A stretch of DNA of 64,000 nucleotides from Gemmatimonadota bacterium (GTDB taxonomy: Bacteria > Gemmatimonadota > Gemmatimonadetes > Gemmatimonadales > GWC2-71-9): assembly GCA_039591655.1 (NCBI GenBank), contig JBDHDE010000014.1:1-64000 (forward strand), in the 5' to 3' direction. A model generated the notes under the pieces. The model was given only the letters and a program-made list of their open reading frames with translations, made no database searches and was not told where the DNA came from. The position numbers and the translations under genes were made by a program. Shown in pieces: positions 28,319 to 37,654 of this stretch (its first letter is position 1; each line of letters opens with the position of its first letter).

Positions 28319-29237
28319 CGGCCTCCTCGACCAGGTGGATGAACACGTCCTCCAGGGAAGGCTCCGCCGGGCCCGCGTCGTGGATGTGCAGGCCGCCCGC
28401 CTCGAGCGAGGCGCGCACCGCCGGCCAATCCCGGGTCGGATCGTCCAGGCTGAGGTGCAGGACGTCGCCGAAGAGCGCAGCGCGCTGTACCGCAGGGTGC
28501 GAGCGTACCAACTCTCGGGCGCGGCGAGGATCGTCCACCCGCACACGCTGAATGCGGCCGGCGAGACGCTGCTGCAAGGCGTGTGGCGTATCCAGCGCCA
28601 CGAGCCGCCCCTCGTGCAGCAGGGCCACCCGGTCGCAGCGCTCCGCCTCGTCCAGGTACGCGGTTGCCACCAGCGCGGTGATGCCCCGGGCCACCATCTC
28701 GTGCACGATGAGCCAGAGGTCGCGGCGCGAGATGGGATCCACGCCGAAGGTCGGTTCGTCCAACAGCATGATCTCGGGCTCGTGCACCAGGGCGCAGCAC
28801 AGCCCGAGCTTCTGTCTCATGCCCCCGGAGAGCTGCCCCGCGAGGCGGTCCTCGAAGGGGCCGAGTCCCGAGAACCGGTATAGCCGCTCGAGCCGGGCGG
28901 GGCGCGCATCTCGCGGCACCAGGAAGAGGTCGGCGTAGAAATCGATGTTCTCGCGGACGGTGAGGTCTGTGTAGAGCCCGAACCGCTGCGACATATACGC
29001 GATGTGGCGCTTCACGCCCTCGGGGTCTCGCGCCGCGCTCACTCCCCGGACTAGGGCGTCGCCGGTGCTCGGGCGCAGCACCCCCGCGAGCATGCGCAGG
29101 GTGGTGGTCTTGCCGGCGCCGTCCGGGCCCACGATGCCGAAGAGCTCGCCGCGGGACACGTCGAACGAGAGGTCCTCCACGGCGCGCACGTCGCGGAAGT
29201 GCCGCGTGAGGCTCTTGAGCGCGACCGCCGTCTGCAC
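28302..29237 (-). CDS. ABC ATP-binding protein
   Basis: GPDGAGKTT, LSGGMRQK, LDEPTFGVDP. Confidence 0.92.
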   Translation of the reverse strand: MQTAVALKSLTRHFRDVRAVEDLSFDVSRGELFGIVGPDGAGKTTTLRMLAGVLRPSTGDALVRGVSAARDPEGVKRHIAYMSQRFGLYTDLTVRENIDFYADLFLVPRDARPARLERLYRFSGLGPFEDRLAGQLSGGMRQKLGLCCALVHEPEIMLLDEPTFGVDPISRRDLWLIVHEMVARGITALVATAYLDEAERCDRVALLHEGRLVALDTPHALQQRLAGRIQRVRVDDPRRARELVRSHPAVQRAALFGDVLHLSLDDPTRDWPAVRASLEAGGLHIHDAGPAEPSLEDVFIHLVEEADARRG

Positions 29238-29245
29238 GGGAGGAC

Positions 29246-30244
29246 TCAGCGCGGCGAGGTGTCGATCCGCACGTCGGCCGGGAGTCCCGGCTTGAGGTCG
29301 AAGGTGGCATCGCCCGTGACACGCACCTTCACCCGATAGACCAGCTTCACCCGCTCTGCGGTGGTCTGCACGTTGCGCGGCGTGAACTCGGCCTCGCTGG
29401 CTATGAAGCTCACGGCGCCGGCGTAGGTGCGGTCTGCGTAGGCGTCGGCCGTGATCTCGGCTGCGAGGCCCAGTCCCAGCCGCCCCACCTCGTCCCCCCG
29501 CACGTAGATGCGGATCCAGCGATCGTCGGGGTTCATGACCGTGAGCGCGGGTGCCCCGGCGCCGACGATCTCGCCGGGCTCGCGGTGCCGTACGGTGACG
29601 ATGCCGTCGAACGGAGCCCGCACCACGGCGTTCGCCAGGCTCGCATCGAGTTGCGCCACCGAGGCCCTGGCCTGGGCCAGCACAGCCCGCTGTGCCGCGA
29701 TCTGTTCGCTGCGGGGGCCTTGCTCGAGGATCTGGAGTTGCTCGCTGGCCCGGTCGTGATCCGCCTGGGCCACGGTGAGGGCGGTCTGCGCGTCGTCGAG
29801 CTGCTGCTGGCTCACCGCGCCGCCCGCGAACAGGTGCTGGAACCGTTGGTAGTCGCGCTGGGCGTCGGCCAGTCGCTGCTCGGCGGCCCGCAAGGCGGCG
29901 CGCCCCTGCGCGACCTCCTCGCTGCGGAAGCCACGCTCCAACTCGGTGAGGCGAGCCCGCGCCGTGGCGAGCTGGGCCTCCACCTGGTGCCTGCGGGCCA
30001 GGAGCTCCGTGCGATCCAGCCAGGCCAACTCCTGCCCGCTCGTGACGCTGTCGCCTTCGCGGACCAGGATGCTGTCGATCCGGCCGGCGAGCTGGAACCC
30101 GAGGTCGGCCTCGGTGGCCTCCACCGTTCCGGACGCCGCGACGGCATCCACCGTCGCCGCGCGCTGCCAGAGGGTGATGCTCACGATGAGTGCCACCACC
30201 ACCAGCACGGCGGCGGCGATGGCGATGCGCTGCTTGGGCTTCAT
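29246..30244 (-). CDS. HlyD-family adaptor (YbhG-like)
   Basis: N-terminal TM, ASGTVEA, coiled coil, AEFTPRNVQT, LKPGLPAD. Confidence 0.9.
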   Translation of the reverse strand: MKPKQRIAIAAAVLVVVALIVSITLWQRAATVDAVAASGTVEATEADLGFQLAGRIDSILVREGDSVTSGQELAWLDRTELLARRHQVEAQLATARARLTELERGFRSEEVAQGRAALRAAEQRLADAQRDYQRFQHLFAGGAVSQQQLDDAQTALTVAQADHDRASEQLQILEQGPRSEQIAAQRAVLAQARASVAQLDASLANAVVRAPFDGIVTVRHREPGEIVGAGAPALTVMNPDDRWIRIYVRGDEVGRLGLGLAAEITADAYADRTYAGAVSFIASEAEFTPRNVQTTAERVKLVYRVKVRVTGDATFDLKPGLPADVRIDTSPR

Positions 30245-31611
30245 GGGACGGTCTCCAGCATGGCGCTCAGCCAACTCGGTGTCAGTTCCCCAGCGACGCG
30301 GCCCAGCTCAACCCGCGCGGCGATCTCGGCATGCCGGGCTTGAACCAGGGAGGCCCGGGCCCGCCGCAGCGAGGCCTCGGCCCCGAGGTAGTCGGTCTGC
30401 GTGCCCCGGCCGGCCTCGAGAGCGAGCCGCTCGATGCGGGCCACCTCGACGAGGTGCTCCACCGCCGTGGCGATGGCCTCCACCCGCGCCCGCTGCTCCT
30501 CGACTGCGGCCAACGCCCGGTCCACCACCTCGTGTCCCCTGAGGCGGGCGAGCTCGTACTGCGCCCGGGCCTCCTCGGCCTGCGCGCCGGCCTCGGACAC
30601 CGCCCGCGACCGCTGGCCGCCGGTGAACAGGGGGTAGGAGAGCCGCAGGCCGACCTGCCACTCCCCCTGGAACTCGAACTCCTTGCTGCCGAACAGCAGG
30701 TAGGCGCCGGCCACGTCGAGGCGCGGCCACCACGCAGCCGCCGCGGCGCGACGGCCCTGGTCGGCGGCCTCGGTCAGCCCGAGGGCTTCCTGCAGCTCGG
30801 GGTTGGCGGCCTCGAAGCGTTGCAGCAGCACGGTGCGCTCCTCCGTGTGACGCGTGTGCGCCAGCCTGACCGGCACGAGGCGCGCAGCCCGGGCCGCCTC
30901 GACATCGATACCGAGCAGCCGCGCGAGGCGCCGCTCGGCGGTGTCCAGTCTTGCGGCCGTTGCGATGCGCTCCGCCTCGGTCTCGGCGTAGGCCGCGTCC
31001 ACCCGCAGCCGCTCGACCCGGGCGGCCTGGCCCTGGGCCAGGAGTTGCTCGATGCGATCCCGCTCGGCGGCGAGCGCTGCAAGGCTCTGCAATTGCGCGT
31101 CCAGTGTTCCCCGGGCCGACAGCACCTCGAGGTACGCCACCGTCACCTCGCTGATCAACCCCATCTGCGCCGACGCCACTCGTGCCTCGGCCGCCCGCTC
31201 GTGGGCCCGTGCGCCCTTCACCCGGGCGCTGCGGCCGAAGCCGTCGAACAGGGTCCAGCCGAGCTGGAGTGCGCCCTGGACGAGCGTCCGGTCGAACACG
31301 AACGCGTCCTGTGACAGCTCGTGGATGGGGAAGACCAGCATCTGCTTCTGGAAGCGGACCAGGGACCCGTCGGCGGTGAACGACGGCCACCATGCGGCGC
31401 TTGCCTGGCCGGCGCGGGCGGCCGCCCCGGTTTCGCCGGCCCGCGCTGCGCGGACCGAGGGGTAGTACTCCAGGGCCAGGTCCACGGCCGCGGCGAGGGT
31501 GAGGAGGGTGTCTGCGGCGCCGGGCCCCTGCGCCTGGGCGGGGGATGCGAGACCCCACCACAGCGCCAGGGCCCCCATGCGGGCGAGTCCCCCAGTCGAT
31601 CTCTGTCTCAT
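30241..31611 (-). CDS. TolC-family outer-membrane protein
   Basis: Signal peptide, LTLAAAVDLAL, WTLFDGF, YPLFTGG. Confidence 0.88.
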   Translation of the reverse strand: MRQRSTGGLARMGALALWWGLASPAQAQGPGAADTLLTLAAAVDLALEYYPSVRAARAGETGAAARAGQASAAWWPSFTADGSLVRFQKQMLVFPIHELSQDAFVFDRTLVQGALQLGWTLFDGFGRSARVKGARAHERAAEARVASAQMGLISEVTVAYLEVLSARGTLDAQLQSLAALAAERDRIEQLLAQGQAARVERLRVDAAYAETEAERIATAARLDTAERRLARLLGIDVEAARAARLVPVRLAHTRHTEERTVLLQRFEAANPELQEALGLTEAADQGRRAAAAAWWPRLDVAGAYLLFGSKEFEFQGEWQVGLRLSYPLFTGGQRSRAVSEAGAQAEEARAQYELARLRGHEVVDRALAAVEEQRARVEAIATAVEHLVEVARIERLALEAGRGTQTDYLGAEASLRRARASLVQARHAEIAARVELGRVAGELTPSWLSAMLETVP

Positions 31612-32246
31612 GATGCCTGCTCGGGATGTGCCGCGAGGCCGGCGCGGACGAAGCGGACCACGCTGCCCACCAGCGCGGTCCTGGTCTCGGGGTCGTGTTG
31701 GTCGAGACCCAACGCCTCCTGCAGCAGGCGCGTCACCAGTGCGAGCCAGACCGGTTGCGCTACGATGCTCAATGCCATGAGGCGGGGGTCCCCGGCTCGA
31801 ATCGAGCCGTCCTCCTGTCCTTCGGCGATGATGGTGGAGATCACGCGGTGGTTGCCCTCCAGCACGCGACGAGCGGCGTCGGGAAACGGGTCCGAGCCGG
31901 CCAGGTGCTGCACCATGAGCCCGGGAAGCTCCGGATGGTCCCTCAGGTAGTCGAAGAAGGCGCGGACCATTCGCTCGATCCGGTCCAGCGCAGTTCCGGG
32001 CCGCGCCGCGGTGGCGAGGAGGTGGTGTCGGAAGGGCTGCGCCACCGAGGCCAGGACGGTCCCGTATAGGGCCTCCTTGGATCCGAAGTGGTAGGTCACC
32101 GCTCCGAGGTTCGCCCCGGCGCGACGGGTTATGGCCCGCACCGAGGCGCCGCGGTAGCCGTGGGCGGCGAACAGCTCCAGAGCGGCGGCGAGGAGAGCCC
32201 TCGCTGTGTCCGAGGAGGGTTGATCGCTTACAACGGTCTCATACAT
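31608..32246 (-). CDS. TetR-family regulator (CecR/YbiH-like)
   Basis: ALELFAAHGYRGASVRAITRRAGANLGAVTYHFGSKEALY. Confidence 0.92.
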   Translation of the reverse strand: MYETVVSDQPSSDTARALLAAALELFAAHGYRGASVRAITRRAGANLGAVTYHFGSKEALYGTVLASVAQPFRHHLLATAARPGTALDRIERMVRAFFDYLRDHPELPGLMVQHLAGSDPFPDAARRVLEGNHRVISTIIAEGQEDGSIRAGDPRLMALSIVAQPVWLALVTRLLQEALGLDQHDPETRTALVGSVVRFVRAGLAAHPEQAS

Positions 32247-32283
32247 ACGTTTGTATGATAGGCCCGGGGCGACGTAGCGGCAA
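32239..32283 (-). promoter_or_regulatory. Promoter and palindromic TetR operator
   Basis: TTGCCG-17-TATCAT; palindrome TCATACA-TACGTT-TGTATGA (32239-32258) overlaps the -10 box and the start codon. Confidence 0.7.
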
Positions 32284-32319
32284 GCTGTCCTGCGGGGTGG
32301 ACCGGTTCCGGCTGTGGGA

Positions 32320-33519
32320 TTACTGGCGGCCCGGGCGCCGCCGCTTGAGCCAGAGCTCGGGGTTGAGGGCGATGCCGCCCTGGCCGCGGATCTGGAACTC
32401 GACGTGCGGGCCGACGTCCGATGCCTCGCCGCCGGACTCGCCCACGGCGTCGCCGGCCTCCACCCACTCCCCGTTCCGCACCGTGAACCGGGACAGGTAG
32501 AGGTACAGCGTGTAGTAGCCGCCGCCGTGATCCAGCAGAACGCTGGGGCCGTACGTGCCCATGAGACCGGCAAGCTGCACCACGCCGCCGGCCACGGCGT
32601 ACACCGGCGTGCCCACGGGTACCCTGATGCCCACTCCCTGGCGGCGGACGCGGGTGTTGTCCGGCCCCTGGGCGACGCCGAAACGGTACAGCAGGTCCCC
32701 GTCGGCGGGCCACTCCAGCGTGCCCAGGTCCCCCTCCGTGACGGTGGCGTCGGTAGGGGCGCCCCGGGCCAGCGCCCGGCGCCGGGCCTCCTCGAGCTCG
32801 GCGATGATGCCTACGAGCCGCTCCTCGTCCCGCGCCAGGGAGTCGAGGCGGGTGGTGGCCGCCTGCTGCGAGGCCCGGGTGTCGCGCAACGCCCGCTGGC
32901 GCCGCTGCTCCAGGGTCACGAACCGGTCCAGCTCCTGTCCTCGCTCGTTCCGGCGCATGCTGAGCTCCCCGCCGATGGCCATCAGATGCTCCCGCTGCTG
33001 CCCGACCCGGTCCCGCAGCTCCTCGACCTCTCCCACCAGGGCGCGGTCTTGCCGGCTCACCAGGTACAGGTACTTGTATCGGCTGACCAGATCCCCGAAG
33101 CTCTCGGCCGCCAGCAGCACCTGGAAGATCCACAGCGGCCCGCGCTTGTAGATCTGCACGAGGCGCGTCTGCAGCACGGCTCGCGTTTCGGCCAGCGCGT
33201 CCTGTGCCAGCAGCAGGTCCAGGGTGACCGTGTCGAGCTGCGCGTTCATCGTCACGATCTGCCGGTCCAGCTCGTTGACAATGCGGGAGGTGACAGTCTT
33301 CTGGCGCTCGATGTTCTCGAGCTCACCGGTGATGGTGTGCACCCGGGTGCGCAGCCGGGACAACTCGCTCTCCAGCGTGGCTCGCTCCTGGCGGATGGAC
33401 TCGAGGCGATCACGGTTGTCCCGGATCTGGCGGCCGATGTCGGGTCGCTGGGCTGCGAGTTCCGAGCCGGCGGTCACGAACAGCATGAGCGCCAGCGGGA
33501 CGGCGCGGTGCGGAATCAT
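32320..33519 (-). CDS. envC: EnvC-like murein hydrolase activator (coiled coil + degenerate M23)
   Basis: Long coiled coil and WPADG; M23 metal ligands are degenerate (RQGVGI, YLYL); directly follows ftsX. Confidence 0.85.
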   Translation of the reverse strand: MIPHRAVPLALMLFVTAGSELAAQRPDIGRQIRDNRDRLESIRQERATLESELSRLRTRVHTITGELENIERQKTVTSRIVNELDRQIVTMNAQLDTVTLDLLLAQDALAETRAVLQTRLVQIYKRGPLWIFQVLLAAESFGDLVSRYKYLYLVSRQDRALVGEVEELRDRVGQQREHLMAIGGELSMRRNERGQELDRFVTLEQRRQRALRDTRASQQAATTRLDSLARDEERLVGIIAELEEARRRALARGAPTDATVTEGDLGTLEWPADGDLLYRFGVAQGPDNTRVRRQGVGIRVPVGTPVYAVAGGVVQLAGLMGTYGPSVLLDHGGGYYTLYLYLSRFTVRNGEWVEAGDAVGESGGEASDVGPHVEFQIRGQGGIALNPELWLKRRRPGRQ

Positions 33520-34373
33520 ACTGCGGGGAGATGGCGCCCGACGCTGAATGCGCTGGCGCCGAGGCCGAGCACCATGCCCAGGAGCACTATCAGCGTGGCC
33601 TGTCCGGCTGTGAAGAAGCCGGCCTGGAACAGCCCGGTGCTCACGAGGAAGTAGGCCCCGTAGCACAGCAAGATGGCGAAGAGGCCTCCCAGTGCGCCCT
33701 TCAGCGCACCGTCCAGCAGGAAGGGACGGCGAATGAACCCGTCGGTGGCGCCCACGAGCCGCATGATGTGGATCTCGCGGCTCCGTGCCAGCACGGTCAT
33801 GCGGATGGTCGTGCCGATGATCATCACTGCCGCGGCGGCGAACGCCGCGCCGACTACGAGCCCGACGACACCGGCGATGTCCCGCAGCCGGTCCAGCTTC
33901 TCTACCCAGTCACGCCCGTAGCGCACATCCTCCGCGAAGCGGAACCCCCTGAGCCGCTCGGCTACCGCCTGCACGTTGCGGCTGTCGCGGAAGCCCGGCC
34001 TGAGGCGGATCTCGAGGGAGGCCGGCAGCGGGTTCGTGGTGAGGTCGTCGAATACGCCCTGGAACTCCACCAGTTCCTGGCGAGCGCGCTCCAGGGCCTG
34101 GTCCTCGTTGACGTAGTTGATCGACTCGACCTCTGGAAAGACCTGGATGTCTCCGATGGCTACCGTAATGACGCCCACGGGCGTGCCGCGGGTGAGGTAC
34201 ATGACGATCTCGACCCGCTCCTCGATCTCGCCGAGCGTCGACCGGAGATTGAGGGCCACCAGGCTGAACAGCCCGAGCACGAACAGCGCGAACCCGATGG
34301 TGGTGACGGCGAGCGCCGAGAGCACCGGCGCCCGGCGGAACGAGAGTACCGCTTCGCGGACCGTGAGCCTCAT
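33516..34373 (-). CDS. ftsX: Cell division permease FtsX
   Basis: NPLPAS, REIHIMRLVGATDGFIRRPFLLDG, 4-TM layout. Confidence 0.93.
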   Translation of the reverse strand: MRLTVREAVLSFRRAPVLSALAVTTIGFALFVLGLFSLVALNLRSTLGEIEERVEIVMYLTRGTPVGVITVAIGDIQVFPEVESINYVNEDQALERARQELVEFQGVFDDLTTNPLPASLEIRLRPGFRDSRNVQAVAERLRGFRFAEDVRYGRDWVEKLDRLRDIAGVVGLVVGAAFAAAAVMIIGTTIRMTVLARSREIHIMRLVGATDGFIRRPFLLDGALKGALGGLFAILLCYGAYFLVSTGLFQAGFFTAGQATLIVLLGMVLGLGASAFSVGRHLPAV

Positions 34374-35068
34374 GACTCGGCGAGCTCCTCGTCGTCGTCC
34401 ACGTCCTCTACCGAGTCGTACACCACGGCGCCATCCTGGAGCTCGATGGTGCGGTAGCTGGTCTGCCGCACCAGGTCGAGGTCGTGCGTGGCCAGCACCA
34501 CGGCAGTGCCCGTCGCGTTGATGTCGCGCAGCAGCTGAAACACCCCGCGGGTCGCGCGCTCGTCGAGGTTGCCCGTGGGCTCGTCGGCGAGGAGCACCAG
34601 AGGGTCATTCACCAGCGCCCGGGCGATCGCGACACGCTGCTGCTCGCCCCCGGACAGCTCTGGGGGATGGGAGTGGGCCTTGGCGGCGAGCCCAACCTGC
34701 GCCAGGACACGCATGACCTTGGGGGCGATCACGCTGCGGCGTGTCCCCGTCACCTCCAGCGCGAAGGCCACGTTCTCCTCGGCCGAGCGGTCCTCGAGCA
34801 GGCGGAAGTCCTGGAACACGACGCCCAGCCGGCGCCGCAGCCGAGGGATGTCCCGGCGCCTGAGGCCCGCCGTGGAGAACCCGGAGACCCGGACGGTGCC
34901 GGATGTGGGGAGCTCGTCGGCGTAGACCAGCCGGAGCACGGTGGACTTGCCCGCCCCCGAGTGTCCCGTGAGGCAGAGGAACTCCCCCTTGGCCACGTGG
35001 AACGAAACGTCCTTCAGTGCGAGGGAGCCCTTGGGGAACGCCTTGAAGACCTTGTTGAAGCGGATCAC
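34370..35068 (-). CDS. ftsE: Cell division ATPase FtsE
   Basis: GHSGAGKST, GVVFQDFRLL, LSGGEQQRVAIARA, ADEPTGNLD. GTG start at 35068. Confidence 0.94.
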   Translation of the reverse strand: MIRFNKVFKAFPKGSLALKDVSFHVAKGEFLCLTGHSGAGKSTVLRLVYADELPTSGTVRVSGFSTAGLRRRDIPRLRRRLGVVFQDFRLLEDRSAEENVAFALEVTGTRRSVIAPKVMRVLAQVGLAAKAHSHPPELSGGEQQRVAIARALVNDPLVLLADEPTGNLDERATRGVFQLLRDINATGTAVVLATHDLDLVRQTSYRTIELQDGAVVYDSVEDVDDDEELAES

Positions 35069-35070
35069 GG

Positions 35071-36228
35071 CTACAGTGTGCTGAAGGCTTCCTCGAAGTC
35101 GGCGATGATGTCGGCTACGTCCTCGATGCCGAGACTCACCCGGATGAACCCGTCGGGAATACCCTGCTCGGAGCGCTCTTCGGGGTCGAGGCCGGCATGC
35201 GAGGTGAAGCGCGGCTCCGACACGAGGGTCTCGACACCACCGAGGCTCGGCGCATGCGTCGCCAGCCGCAGCCGGCGTAGCACCACCTCCGCCGCCGCCG
35301 CCCCTCCCGCAAGTGTGAGCCCCACCATGCCGCCGAAGCCGTCCATGGTGCGGGTGGCGATCTCGTGATCGGGATGGCTGGGGAGTCCCGGGTAGTGTAC
35401 CGCGCTCACCGCGGGGTGGGCCTCGGCCCACTGTGCGAAGGCCAGCCCGTTGGCGTTGTGCCGCTCCATCCGCACCGCCAGCGTCTTGACCCCGCGCTCC
35501 ACGAGCCAGGTGGCGTGGGGGTCCGGCGCCTGGCCCCACACCTGCATCAGCTGCCGCACCTCCTCGACCACTGGCTCGCTGGCGGCTACGACCCCACCGA
35601 TGACGTCGTCGTGTCCGTTCAGGTACTTCGTGGCGCTGTGGATGACCAGGTCGGCCCCGTGCTCCAGCGGCCGGAAGTTCAACGGCGTGGCGAACGTCGA
35701 GTCCACGATGAGGGCCATCCCCGCCTCGCGGCAGAAGTGTGCGAGGGGTTGGAGGTCCATTACCCGCAGCAGGGGATTGGTGGGGGTCTCCAAGAAGATC
35801 CCCCGGGTCGTCTTGCGCACGTCGTGGCGCCAGTTTCGCTGGTTGTCCGGCGTCACGAACGACACCTCGATCCCCAGCTTGCCGAACTCCTCGACGAACA
35901 GGCGTCGGGTGCCGCCGTAGATCCACGTGCTGGCCAGGAAGTGATCCCCCGGGCGGAGCATGGCCAAGTGGGCCAGAGCGGTGGCCCCCATCCCGCTCGC
36001 CAGGAAGATCGCGTGCTCGGCGCCCTCCAGGGCCGCCAGCTTCTCGGCGAGCCGTACCTGGTTGGGGTTGTTGCCGTATCGGGTGTACAGCACCTCGTCG
36101 CTGGAGCCGACGGGATGAACGAAGGTGCTGCTCTGGTAGATCGGCGTTGAGACCGGTGACCGCTCGGGGCGCTGCTGGGGCGGACCGTGAATCGCCCGGG
36201 TCGAGAAACCGCCGTTCGCCTGCGACAT
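35071..36228 (-). CDS. PLP-dependent Cys/Met metabolism enzyme (cystathionine gamma-synthase/lyase family)
   Basis: PIYQSSTF, YTRYGN, ASGMGA, ETPTNP, HSATKYLNGH, SLGGVETL, RVSLGIE. Confidence 0.92.
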   Translation of the reverse strand: MSQANGGFSTRAIHGPPQQRPERSPVSTPIYQSSTFVHPVGSSDEVLYTRYGNNPNQVRLAEKLAALEGAEHAIFLASGMGATALAHLAMLRPGDHFLASTWIYGGTRRLFVEEFGKLGIEVSFVTPDNQRNWRHDVRKTTRGIFLETPTNPLLRVMDLQPLAHFCREAGMALIVDSTFATPLNFRPLEHGADLVIHSATKYLNGHDDVIGGVVAASEPVVEEVRQLMQVWGQAPDPHATWLVERGVKTLAVRMERHNANGLAFAQWAEAHPAVSAVHYPGLPSHPDHEIATRTMDGFGGMVGLTLAGGAAAAEVVLRRLRLATHAPSLGGVETLVSEPRFTSHAGLDPEERSEQGIPDGFIRVSLGIEDVADIIADFEEAFSTL

Positions 36229-36755
36229 CAGGCCGTCAGGGGGACGTAGCGGTCCGCCGACTGCTGCACGAGCCGCTGCAGGCGCAGCTCCTCGAGGGCT
36301 TCCCGCGCCGCGTCCGGCGGCAGGGCGAGTTGGATGGCGATCTCCTCCGGTCCGGCGGGCCCGCCGTCGGTGAGCGCGGAGAAGGCGCGCCGGGCGGTGT
36401 CGTCCACGGGCCCCAGGACTCTGAGCGTGCCGTCCCGGTCCCGCGCCACCACCGCCAGGCGGTGCCGCCCGAGCACGTGCTCGATGGCATCGCAGTGGGC
36501 GACGGTCACCCCGTGCAGCAGGAAGTAGCGGGCCCGCCCATGGTGCAGCAGCAGCTTCCCCACGATCTCGTCGGCGCAGGAGAAATCGAGACACCTGACC
36601 GCGCTGAAATCGATGACTGCCGTCTGCTCGCCGTCCAGATCGGCCAGGGCTTCTTCGACGCCGTCCCGCACGGCCTTGCCGGTAGGACGGGTCACGAGGT
36701 CGCCGTAGAGCCCCGAAACGGCGCGTTGGAGGATGAGCTTCAGGTCGATTCGCAT
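36228..36755 (-). CDS. STAS-like (DUF4325-like) domain fused to C-terminal winged HTH
   Basis: LVTRPTGKAVR, VIDFSAVRCLDFSCADEIVGKL, then GPEEIAIQLALPPDAAREALEEL. Confidence 0.7.
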   Translation of the reverse strand: MRIDLKLILQRAVSGLYGDLVTRPTGKAVRDGVEEALADLDGEQTAVIDFSAVRCLDFSCADEIVGKLLLHHGRARYFLLHGVTVAHCDAIEHVLGRHRLAVVARDRDGTLRVLGPVDDTARRAFSALTDGGPAGPEEIAIQLALPPDAAREALEELRLQRLVQQSADRYVPLTA

Positions 36756-36760
36756 ACCTC

Positions 36761-37654
36761 TCACTCGGCCTGCTGCGCTGGGATGATCATGAGCACCTGA
36801 CTGCCTGGAAAGGCAGGGAGTCCTTCGGTAAGCGGCTTCTCGTCGTCCCACGTCGGCACGATGGCGATCCGGGCGGTACCGCTCCGCACGCTCAACTTAC
36901 CCTCCCACCGGTTTACGTACCGCGCGATTCCGCCCAATCCCTGTCCTCGGCCCGGGTCCCGAAACCGGCTCGCGCCCTGGAACAGTGCCGCCTCCAGAGC
37001 CGTGGCGTCGCCCCAGCGGTCGCCGAACCGGCCCGCTTGTGTGGCCTCGAGAGAGCGCCGGAACCCGACCCCCGCGTCGGCCACCGCGATGACCACGACA
37101 CGGCGTCCGAGTCGCCGCCGCCAGTGATAGGCCTGCACGGCAACCCAACCGGCCGTGCCGGCGTGCTCCACAATATTCTGACACGCCTCCGAAAGCGCCA
37201 TAGCGAATCCCATCGTGGCCGCAGCTTCGAGCCCGAGCTCCCCCGAGAGCATCGCCGCGGAGCGCTCCTGGATGACGCCCACCACGCTGTGAACGTCATC
37301 GGTGCCCCGAACGGGCGTGATCTCCAGCAGTACGTCGGAGGAGTGCGCGGCCGGGATCCGGGGGACCTTGCCGTGCATCTCGAACCACTCGGTGGCGTAC
37401 TCGAAGAAGCCGGCGCGGCCCCAGTAGTGGGCCACATCCCGGTCTGCGGGAATCGTCAGGAGGGGACGCTCCGGTCCCCGCTCCGCTGCCGCCTGCCCGG
37501 CGGCCAGCAGGCCGATCAGGCCGTAGGGCGAGGCCCACTGGGTGGCGTGGGCATCGAACAGCAGACGGCGGTCAGCCGGATCGTCGACGGCCCTGGCGAA
37601 TTGGTCGAACGAGCGATCGTCGAACTGCTGGGGGACTTCGACCACTCGGGTCAT
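36761..37654 (-). CDS. HATPase_c (GHKL) protein, putative Ser/Thr kinase
   Basis: N box EACQNIVEH, G1 DAGVG, G2 GRGQGL, FPGSQ; no HisKA domain visible. Confidence 0.82.
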   Translation of the reverse strand: MTRVVEVPQQFDDRSFDQFARAVDDPADRRLLFDAHATQWASPYGLIGLLAAGQAAAERGPERPLLTIPADRDVAHYWGRAGFFEYATEWFEMHGKVPRIPAAHSSDVLLEITPVRGTDDVHSVVGVIQERSAAMLSGELGLEAAATMGFAMALSEACQNIVEHAGTAGWVAVQAYHWRRRLGRRVVVIAVADAGVGFRRSLEATQAGRFGDRWGDATALEAALFQGASRFRDPGRGQGLGGIARYVNRWEGKLSVRSGTARIAIVPTWDDEKPLTEGLPAFPGSQVLMIIPAQQAE

